A stretch of 64,000 bases of DNA from positions 8,184,001-8,248,000 of the forward strand of contig NC_043008.1 in the NCBI RefSeq assembly GCF_006345805.1, in the 5' to 3' direction. Under the pieces are notes generated by a model, which saw only the letters and a list, made by a program, of their open reading frames with translations, did not search any database and was not told the DNA's origin. The stretch is from Octopus sinensis (lineage: Eukaryota). Positions 15,023 through 25,741 of the stretch are shown piece by piece; within the stretch, counting starts at the first letter, position 1; each line of letters starts with the position of its first letter. The position numbers and the translations under genes were made by a program.

Positions 15023-15099
<77 letters not shown>

Positions 15100-17323
15100 C
15101 ATATATATATATACTTGTATATAAAATTAGTTTTGTCACTTCCTTGTCATTAAAAGCAAAGCGTAAACTGTAAACCTTAGATGTATAAATGCGTTATATT
15201 ATGCGTGTCTGCGTATATGAAAGAGTGTATGTGTGTTTATGTGTGCGTTGTTATTGTTGTTGTTGTTGTTGTTGTTGTTGAGTGCGTGTGTGTGTGTGTA
15301 CCATGAGGAAAGAAATGATAATATAAGCAATACCAAGATAATCATTGATATAAAAAAGACGATAGACTTTAGATTAATTTTTTGGAAATATCTTTACTAT
15401 AACTAAAAAAAACTATTTTTTCTTTAGTCCTAGTCTTTTACATTGTCGTTTCAACTACTTCTTTTATCTATGAAGTTTTATTTCGTTTTTATTCGACTTT
15501 TGCTTTAATTATTGTCAACTAAAATTTCTGTCATTCTTTCAATATTTCATTTTCTCCTTTTATATAAAATGCCATTATTTTGCTTTATGTTTTCCATTTT
15601 GCACCTGCCGTTGGGAATGTAAGAATAATATTATGTTTTCCAATAATATTTGACATCCCAAATCAGTTGGGTGAATCAATGATTTTAAACTTAATTGTCT
15701 TAATGGAACGCTTAATAATAATCAAAAATGACATTTAAGATTGATAGACGTTAGTGCTAATAATCACTGTTTATTATTTTCTATAAAAAGGCGCGAAAAA
15801 ATAACGACTAAAAAATAATTCATAACAAAGGCCTTTTCAAGATCCTTTCATAAGCCATTTGACTTGTATTAAAACGGATGATTCGCCACTTGCTTGTGAG
15901 TTCTTCTTCATATTCGGTGGACATAATGGAAATCTATATTAGTACAATATATTTGTCGTACTATACACACAAACATAGAGTTATGTACTAATACGTTTAA
16001 GGCTTGAAAATATATGTAGGCTGATAAATATGTATGAATGTATAGTTGCGTATAGGTGTGTGTCTTCTGTGTTTGGGTGTATGCGTGTGAGCAAATGGCA
16101 TCAACTCGTTCTTGCATATGTACATGCGTGTCAATATAAGTTCTGAGTATGCCTGTGTTCGTACGTACTGATTGGTGTACGTGTGTCTTTATATCTATAC
16201 GTGAGTGTTAGTATTTAGAGTATATATGTATGTGTGCGTAGTACATGTTTCAAGTCTGCCACGAATAGTTAGTTAAAACAATGTTATGTCGGGTAAATTT
16301 TCTCTAGTGAATTGTTATAAATGATGGGTTTCATGAATATATAGATATATGAATTGAACCCAGAAAGATATACATTGTTTAATTTCAAGATATAAATAAG
16401 GAAAAAAGCATAATAGGAATTTCAAACTTTGATGTTCAAATAATTGTATATATCCCGTGTTTTTCCACTCATCGATATTTCCATTGTAGCATTCGATTTA
16501 TATCTTTTTTGGGGGTAAGACACTCTGTTCCGTTTATCCTATCTACTCTATTGATATTTCTACGCTAACACTGAGAATTCCCTTGTCAATTTTCGAAACA
16601 CATATATATATATACACAATACTTCAAAATACAAAAATATTTTTTCTTCATATATCGTGTGTCTTTGAATGTGTATATACATTTATATTGATGTATCCGT
16701 GTGCTTTAACCATTGCGACTGCTTCGAGGCTTATTGCAGCAATGAACCAAATATCATTTCTTTTATAAATTTATACATGAAAAATTTTATCAGGTATTAT
16801 GTGTAAAATAATATCTTTGGGTGACATATATTTAGTTAATTTTCCGGATATTATATATATAGTGTAAAGTAAACGTTTTTGTTTGGAAAGCTGAAATTGC
16901 CTCAAAATCATTTGTACAGGTGAATAGGTGACTGTGTATATAGGAGTTAATTTCATGAAAACATTATAGTATGTTATTGTATTGCGAAATGTTAAAAGAC
17001 TTTCTGTTTAAATGCGTGTATGTTAATTGCTAGCTACAACTGGTTGGATATGATACAGGAATATGATAATATGTGTTCACGCTGATAGATGATTCAGCAT
17101 GTCGTAACGGAAATATGTGAATGTATGCGTTCATTGTTATGATATATGTTTCTGAAACTGTCAACGGAATTTAATGAATGTGTGTGTTAATTGTTGTGTC
17201 AAATGTTCAGGCATATGCGTCCGGACATAAATGAACGTATTGATGTGTCTTACTGAACCATGTTACATGTACAAGGATACTTATCTGGAAATTGTTGTTA
17301 GACCAGCTGACCGGTGTCAGCTG

Positions 17324-17370
17324 GTCTAGGCCGACGAAGGACAATCATCCTGAAACACGTGTCTCTAGAT
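17324..17370 (+). ncRNA. Type I hammerhead ribozyme, variant core CCGACGA
   Basis: Stem I GTCTAGG/TCTAGAT (7 bp, two G-U); core CCGACGA 17331-17337; stem II AGGA/TCCT; GAAAC; palindromic ACACGTGT stem III; GUC cleavage triplet 17361-17363. Confidence 0.75.
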
Positions 17371-17679
17371 GCAGCCCGGGCGGCTGGGGGTGTTTGTCTC
17401 CCCTTCGTAAATGTATATAAGGACACTGGAAAAATGTGTCAAAGCCATCAGGAGGCGTCGATGCTTCCTAGGGCTATACAGTGGTGGTGCACCCCCCTAC
17501 TGTCACGTTCGTGTTAGATAGACAGTATACAACCATTCTATCGCCCCACCACCGTACATGTCTCTACGAGAGATTTAGAAATTTAGTATTTCTGATTTTG
17601 ATAAACAGTGAATAGACTTCACTGAAATTTAGATATATACGTTGCGAGGCGAGACAAATATCACCAGCTGAATAAAATA

Positions 17680-17745
17680 TAAAGGCGGTGCTCCAGTATG
17701 GCCGCAGTCAAAATGACTGAAACAAGTAAAAGAGAGAGTAAAGAG
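17680..17745 (+). mobile_element. SINE family A 3' tail fragment
   Basis: AAAGGCGGTGCTCCAGTATGGCCGCAGTCAAAATGACTGAAACAAGTAAAAGAG. Confidence 0.8.
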
Positions 17746-17929
17746 ATATTGTTAATTGCACAGAAATATGTCTTTGCATATGTGTCTGGAAAAGTATGAT
17801 AGTGTGGCTTTATTGTTAAGCTACGTTTTGAAACACATAAATTTACATTTAAAGTGTACATTTTGTACTTTCGGGCAATGGTTAGCAACAAAAGGGCATC
17901 TAGTTGTTATGATTATATCGAATGTGAGG

Positions 17930-18480
17930 AACTGATCAAATTTAGATACGATCTAGTATATGTCTTTAAAAATGGGGAGATTGTAAACTGATCAGGAGCT
18001 CCGGGGAACAATGAAGACTAATGAGATTCGTTTCTATTCCGAAGACGTCGCATCAAAAATGACTAAGTGTGGGCAATTAATTAAAATGATCCTCCAGAAC
18101 GGTTCTATGGGAAATTAAATTGGATTCAACTAAAAATAGCTGGAGCGTCTACAAACGGAGAGCAATTAGAATGTGCAACAATAACATCAAGAATATTACA
18201 CATTAAGTAAGAAATGGTTTAAAAATCTATAACTTAATCTGAGTGGACAACAATGTAACACTTTATAATAGAGTTTTATAAGTGATTGAAGGAATGACCA
18301 AATGGGGATTTAGTGAGATATTTAATTAGAATGACAGTGGGGAAGTTTCGTTGTGAATTAGGTAATTCATTACTCCATCGTCCCTTAGTGCGTGCCAATG
18401 TTGAATTGGGGTTAAATTTTATCGATTCTGTTAGTAAAGTGGTGTTACACCACTATAAAAGTGGGAGGTATTTTGCTTTT
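17930..18480 (+). pseudogene. Possible very old non-LTR retrotransposon RT relic (R4/Dong or RTE-X-like)
   Basis: Scattered motifs across frames: IRFYSEDVASKMTKC (cf. FSxDIxMxFGxxKC), GMTKWGFSEI, LHRP...GLNFID; many stops. Confidence 0.3.
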
Positions 18481-20028
18481 ATGTATGCAAAATACAAATC
18501 ATAAGTAATTCTCCTGAGCGTTTTAATGATTATCGGATGAAAGTTTTCATAGATTTTATCCGATCAGTCCTCCTGCATTTTATCCATGTCCAATATATTT
18601 ATCACGTTCTGACTATCGAGCTGCAAATGGAATCTATTGAAATCTAGAATGAGTATTTGCAAGCCGCACTGAAGTCAAATTTTTTCCCTTCATCGACAAA
18701 AGCAAGAATGGCAGTGAGCACTTTTTCTCCTGCGTCAACTGGCCGTGTAAACTAGTACAAAAATTTACGATGTCTCAACAGTATAAGCGCTATCATTGAC
18801 ATGCTTACGGAAGTATCAATGCCATACAGCTCTTGGCTTTTCTAATAGTGCACACATCCATAAGGATATATTCAGTCAAGTTTTCATACAAACACACACA
18901 CACTAACACATACACATAATGACCTTCACGTAATTGAGAACTACTATGAAATTTTGAGATTTCCATAGAAAATAATTCATAACAAAATACATTGAGTTTT
19001 CATTCCTTTGTCAACAACTTCATGGGAGATAAGTGTTATGTTCAATAAAAGTAGCTAGAACTAGTAATTTTCTTTAAGGTACTGGTGATTTATTGACTAA
19101 GCTGTCTTGGTAATTAAATATGAATATACAATTAACGAGAAAAAATATATAGTAATTCAAGTGTTGGTATTATTTCTGTCCTCCTCTAGATAAACGTTAA
19201 GTGATATCGTCGAATAACATAAGAACATAAGCGGAGCAAAAATTAAATTACGGGAAGTTTTGAAACACCTATCAAACGTCATTAACACACTAGCATTTAT
19301 TCCTAGAACATAAAAATATTAATCTATTCTTACAGTTAAACAATGTTTCGAATGTTCTACCCGGTTAGAATATCTCCGACGAACACTTACAAAATGGGCA
19401 GAGAAATTCGAAAATATTTTTAGCCGAAGAGAAAAGCTTGCTTTGCAAAGTACCACAATATCTAGGGAAAAAGCCAGTGGACGCACGTTATGCAAATGAT
19501 AACTCAATTCTATAGTGACAATAAAAACACATTATTCTGAATCGTAAAGTATGGGTGAGTGCAAATTAATCTGAATACAGCTAAATTCGCATACGAAAAT
19601 TGTATTATTAAGAAACCAATTGTGGGGCTTACTTCGTAAGTGATCTCATAAAATACACAATTCATTTTGGTATGAGATTTTATAAACAAATGCTACACAT
19701 TTCAGAAAATATATCTCGCAAACTTGCGTTTAGGTTGAGGAAGTAGGTGATAAGAAAAAGGGTTCAGACTCAAGACTTGCGTATGGGAAATACATGAAAT
19801 TCGACATATGTACGAGGAATTTGGTTAACCGGAGTTAATGGTGTAAGATTCTGGAGAAAAATGATGTTGATTTAGAACGATAATAAGTGCCAGAAAAATA
19901 CAAATTAAAAATTAATATCTAAAACATAAATATAAACAAATATAAATTTATAAACACACACACACACACGTACACACATAAATACATACATACATACATA
20001 CATACATACATACACACATATATATATA

Positions 20029-20423
20029 CTAACAGTATCGCCCGGCATTGCTCGGGTTTGTAAGGGAAATAACTATAAAGCATTTTTAGAGAGTTATAGC
20101 CAAAAAAAGCAAAAAAATGCATTAAAATGGAAAAAAATTATGGTAAATTTTTTAAAAATCGTTGACTCATCGTAGACATTTTTAGAGAGTTACTTCCCTT
20201 ATATAATAGCGAAAAAAATGCATTAAAATGGAAAAAAGATGATGGTAAATTAGTTTTAAAATCGTAGACTCATCGTAGACGCGCGCTAATACCCAGAAGG
20301 GCTCGATATGAATCACGACTATAAGATACCCGGTTTTGGTTACACTGCACCGCAAAATGTGGGAGTAATTAGGAATCTAAATCGTAGGAGACAGACACAC
20401 AACTTCACTTTTATATATAAAGA
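20029..20423 (-). mobile_element. Non-autonomous Helitron, copy 1
   Basis: Minus strand: 5' TC(TTTATATATAAAA); 3' hairpin CCCGAGCAATGCCGGG followed by TTAG|T (CTAG variant). Confidence 0.8.
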
Positions 20424-20954
20424 CTAGCAGTATCGCCCGGCGTTGCTCGGGTTTGTAAGGGAAATAACTATATAAGCATTTTTAGAGAGTTATAGCAAAA
20501 AATGCATTAAAAATGGAATAAAAAATGATGGTAATTTTTTTTTTAAATCGTTGACTCAGTGTCTTCAAGCCATGAAGTCGTTGTTCTAAAAGGACGCTGG
20601 TCTCCTTGACAACGCTTTACGACGTTGATTTCCTTACACTCCCTTCCCCACAGCTTCACGAGGGAGGGAAGAAGGGGGAGAAGCAAACAGGTGCAGGTGT
20701 GACCATGGACGCCAACTCCGCCGCCATCGACACACGAAAAATTATGCATTAAAATGGAATAAAAAATGATGTTAAATTATTTTTAAAATCGTAGACTCAA
20801 CATAGACTCGCGCTAATAGCCAGACAGGCTCGATATGAATCACGACTATAAGATACCCGAATTTTATTAAACTGCACCGCAAAATGTGGGAGTGGTTAGG
20901 AATCTAAATCGAAGGGGACAGACACTCACACAACTACAGTTTTATATATATAGA
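20424..20954 (-). mobile_element. Non-autonomous Helitron, copy 2, joined head-to-tail to copy 1
   Basis: Minus strand A|TCTATATATAT...CCCGAGCAACGCCGGG-CGATACTG-CTAG|TC: canonical TC / hairpin / CTAG termini. Confidence 0.88.
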
Positions 20955-20966
20955 TTTGTGCAACAA

Positions 20967-21465
20967 CTAAAACATTCGGTTGTGCAAATTGTTTGCACAG
21001 GAAACCTGCCCTATGTGGCGGTTTTTGCCGATTTTGTGGATCTGTTTCAGCTTTTTTAACGATTTCTGTTTTGGTGACTTCAAGCCATGAAGTCGTTGTT
21101 CTAAAAGAACGCTGGTCTCCTTGACAACGCATTACGACGTTGATTTCCTTACACTCCCTTCCCCACAGCTTCATGAGGGAGGGAAGAAGGGGGAGAAGCA
21201 ACACAGGTGCAGGTGTGAGCGTGGACGCCAACTTCGCCGCCATCGACACACGAAAAAATATGCATTAAAATGGAATAAAAAATGATGTTAAATTATTTTT
21301 TAAATCGTAGACTTATCGTAGACGCGCGCTAATACCCAGACGGGCTCGATATGAATCACGACTATAGATACCCGAATTTGGTTAAACTGCACTGCAAAAT
21401 GTGGGAGTAGTTAGGAATCTAAATCGAAGGGGACAGACACTCACACAACTACAGTTTTATATATA
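20967..21465 (-). mobile_element. Chimeric Helitron, copy 3: shares the 5' part of copy 2 but has a different 3' end
   Basis: 21078-21465 aligns to 20563-20950; new 3' hairpin TGTGCAAA-CAA-TTTGCACA then TTAG|T at 20967. Confidence 0.7.
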
Positions 21466-21469
21466 TATA

Positions 21470-21525
<56 letters not shown>

Positions 21526-21548
21526 TCGCTGTTTATTTCCTCTTGTTC

Positions 21549-21586
21549 TTTTTCTGTTGCAGAGCGTAGGCTCGAAACGTAAAAGA
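21549..21586 (+). ncRNA. Decayed minimal hammerhead motif beside (TA)n
   Basis: TTT-CTGTTGC-A-GAGC-GTAG-GCTC-GAA-ACGT-A-AAAG; stems intact, core has two changes. Confidence 0.35.
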
Positions 21587-23984
21587 CTTTCTCACCTCAC
21601 ACGTGAATATTTCATGGATTTAATGGTAAATGTATTGGGTTATTGCTGAAACGTTTATCCAAAAAACTGAGAAAAAACCTGAATGGGTACCCTGCGCTGT
21701 GTTTGCATGAAAAATGAAAGAAATTGGAATACAATGATTGCTCATCATTGGAAAGGGTAAGAATTTGGAATAGGATGATTGAAAGAAATTAGAATACGAT
21801 GATATATACTTTATATACTTCATTCATGGTTTTATAGACTTAATACACAGCACTCATAAAATGAGATTTTATGAGTGCCACTCATAAAATCAAGGCAATA
21901 GAAAATATTCGTTGGACTAAACTGTGAGTTAATAGAATTAGATAATGAAACTTAATTTTCTGTTTCCTGTCACTATATTTATCATAGAAAATATTTTTTG
22001 GACTATCTAACACAGATAAATAGCATTCATGAAATAAATATTCACTTTATGTTTCCATTCTTCCTATAAACAAAATTAAAATATCCCGTACATATGATAA
22101 ACCTTTAGTTAAATTGTATGTATTTGCCGCGCAAATAAGTGTCAATATTTCATGGAACAGCACTTATACGCATGCGTTTAGTGATAGGTGGTATAAAATA
22201 AAATTTGTTCAATTAAAAAAAATTAAGCAATGTTGACCCTCCAATGATCACCACCACCGTATCTCTACCACTACCACCACTATCATCATCGTTCTCCTTC
22301 CACTCACTCTCCCTCTTCATTCTCTGTCTTCCTTATCTGTCTGTCTCTCCTTCTCTCTCTCCATACCTTTCTTTAACCTCACCATCTGAACATCACCTCT
22401 CTGCTTACATTATATTTTTAACTCTCCCCCTCTACATCATCACTACCCTCAACTAACCTTTTTTAACCACATAGTATATATTACGTTCCCCCTACCTCAC
22501 GTCATGGACGCTTCTCTTTCCATCGTTTTATCTCTCCCTCTTTTTATTCCTCTTTTTCATTCTCCCACATTCTGTCACACTCTTCGCCTTATCCCTTTTC
22601 TCTCTCCTTTTCCTTTCCCCTGTCTTTCCCTTGATCTAATCACGATGAAATTCCCTCTATCTCACGCCATAGAGGATTCTCTCTCCCTATTTCCTTCTTC
22701 CCTACTTTTTTCTTCTAAACACGTGAAAGCATTACCGACGGGCTAAGTAACGGAATGACAAGCAGAATTATTATAAGATACGTATGTATGTATGTATTAT
22801 GTATGTATGTACATATGTATGTATGTAAGTATGTATGTATTTATGTATGTATATATAGAGGGAGAGAGAGAGTGACAATGGGGGAGAATAGAAAAGGATA
22901 GAAAAGTGGAAACATAATAGAACAGAGGATTATAATTTGAAACATGATTTTGTTGTTGTTCGCTGTTTGACACAGCTAAAGACTGTGGAACTGGCTTACG
23001 CACCGTGGACATATAGCTTAAAATATGTTACAAGTAGCAGGCGCTATTGATGTTAATTACCTTCAGTGTATGGAAACGACGCTTGATATGGTTGCGGAAG
23101 CAAGTCATGAAGAGAAACTAACAAACCTGTTTCATTTACTTGTTCTATTCGCCTAAGATCCAGTTAGATAAATAGAATATATGCGTCATTGATTTATTTA
23201 CGACAGTGAATAGGCGTGCTTTGCTGTGGTTTAAATGTTGTTAGAAGTATTTAACGGTTTTACAGCGAAGTTTGAGTAGAATCATGTAACTCTTCTATTT
23301 TTCTTTTTAATTGCTCTTTGTATTTTTCATCACAGATAGAGAAATATTATATACGTTGTTCCTGTGTTTACAGCGTTTAGCGTATGTATTTTTCACTTGT
23401 ATACATTCTCTTAGGGGTGCTTAACACTTTTCTAAGTTTGTTACAGTTTCGGCTGCGTTTACAGCTTTCGTAAAGTTGTACCTTGTTAAGATCTCTAATG
23501 TTCATCTTTTATTTTCTGTTTGTTTTAACTCATGAAAGTGTTTTACATTTTGATTTTTTTAATTTGGAAGGGATACAAACGCAGCCTGGGGTGCTTTCAA
23601 GTTTTTTTTTATTGGGGATAAAAGGAAGATGTCTGCGTAACGGGTATCCAGAACAAAGCATATAGTCACAGAAAAAAGCGTGGATTTTGAATTTTGAAGA
23701 CAGTGTTTTAGTTCGATAACCCGAGGTGTTTAAGATTGTTTCTTGTGATGGCAGACGGCAGATGTTTGCGAATTTGTGAAGTTAGAAAAAAATTATATTC
23801 TCGCCGAAAATCGTTGATTACCAACTCTTACGCTTATTTTTAAAAGAAATTTCAGTAGGACAGCTGGGTTGTAATATTATTTCTCTTTCTTCTGTTGTTA
23901 ACTCACTGGAGATACGAAAACCACGTCTAGTCACAAAAACAGCAATACACTGCCACGCTTCTCCTTACCCCTCCTCTTCCCTCT

Positions 23985-24290
<306 letters not shown>

Positions 24291-24486
24291 TTCTCCTACA
24301 TCTATTTGTCTTATATTTTGGCAAGAAGATTGGCCTCTTTACCACGAGTTCAATTCTACCAAGGTTGACTTTGCTCACCATTCTCTCGAGGTCGATAAAT
24401 TAAAGTAAAAATCAAGTACAAAGATCGATGAAGTAGACTTACACATTTCCTTAAATTACTTGGCATTGGGAACGAATTGGAAATTA

Positions 24487-24525
<39 letters not shown>

Positions 24526-24917
24526 CAGCATGATCTAATTATATTTGGTTTAATGATGCGCATGAAATAATGAAGCAACATTCGGGAAATAATATTTCAA
24601 ATATTACTGAAAATTCTTCTAGCTACTTTTTTTTTAAAACTCATCTCAGATCACGAATTACAGACAATTACAGATATACAACAATGTAAGCGGAATAACA
24701 TTCAATATATTTTATACTGAATGGTAACGTGATATAAAACATAGCTTTAATACATGGAATAAGAAAATTTGTAACATGGCATGTATATATATATATATAT
24801 GCGGCGGTAACGAAAATTCTCTGCCTTTCGGGGAAACAAAATAGAGGAGGATCAGTTAATTATGATTTTATTCAATACATTTTCCTCTCAGATTCAAAAT
24901 ATTTATATTTTTATTCA

Positions 24918-24968
24918 TTTATGTCCTGAAGAGACCCAGAACGAGTCGAAACATTTGTCGTACTAAAT
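24918..24968 (+). ncRNA. Minimal type I hammerhead with canonical core, inside a 200-bp insert (24801-25000) between (TA)n tracts
   Basis: CTGAAGA 24926-24932; stem II GAC/GTC; GAAAC-ATTT-GTC; stem I weak (one C-G pair plus a distal TTTA/TAAA). Confidence 0.6.
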
Positions 24969-24998
24969 ATATTTTTTCCATCTATTTTATTAATACTG

Positions 24999-25037
<39 letters not shown>

Positions 25038-25085
25038 AAATTTGAAAACGCTACTATATGAGATAAATTTTAATTTTCTTACAAA

Positions 25086-25128
25086 TTTTACATGTTTCGG
25101 TTCTTGAAAAAACGAACCTTATCAAAAA
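25086..25128 (-). ncRNA. Decayed minimal hammerhead, minus strand
   Basis: Minus strand TTTT-TGATAA-GGTTC-(10 nt)-GAACC-GAAACATGTA-AAAT; perfect 5-bp stem II, core TTGATAA has two changes. Confidence 0.4.
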
Positions 25129-25380
25129 TATTCTAAAAAGTTTAGTGTAATAAACAAAGTTCATAATTGTTTCTTAAAGTCTCAACAGAATCCACGTGGT
25201 GGTTTTTTGTGGGGAGGAAGCATAATAGCTGTCTTATGTGTTGACTAATGTTGGAGAAATGACCAATGGCCGAAACAGCAGTAGCAGCAGTGACTGTTGG
25301 TTGTAGTAGTAGTGGCCGTGGTGGCGGTGGTTGGAGTTGCAGCAGTTCATTGGCTGTAGTAGTAGCAGCAGCAGCACCAT

Positions 25381-25420
<40 letters not shown>

Positions 25421-25421
<1 letters not shown>

Positions 25422-25741
25422 ATCGTATCACCTGTGCATCAGAAAACTTAATTTACGTGTTAACATGCGCAGGGTGCAATAGGCAATATATAGGCCATGC
25501 ACAAAACAGCCTACGAAAAAGGATGGCAGTACGTAAATCCCAAATTAGGAATCCTGAATACAGGAAAATACCAGTCAGCGGTCACATAGATATATGTGCT
25601 TCAAATAAAAATCCCAAATTCACAACTTGCCCACTTTACCAATTCAGTAACAACGTAACGTTCACTCAACGTCATAAGAAAGTACTCTATTTTATTAGAA
25701 AATTCGAACCTAGTTTAAACACCCTGGGCCAGGAACATTAA
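25421..25741 (+). pseudogene. 5'-truncated Penelope-like element: GIY-YIG endonuclease C-terminal domain
   Basis: ITCASENLIYVLTCAGCNRQYIG...LRKRM...PVSGHIDIC...E/K..FIRKFEPSLN; begins directly after (TAG)n. Confidence 0.85.

Noticed and set aside
16570-16605. GAGAATT/AATTTTC stem followed by GAAAC before (TA)n
   Set aside because: The CTGANGA core is incomplete.
18250-18850. Minus-strand reading resembling a Gypsy integrase (SDN, RWSNELP, SPF)
   Set aside because: Matches are short and scattered, and conflict with a slightly better plus-strand LINE reading.
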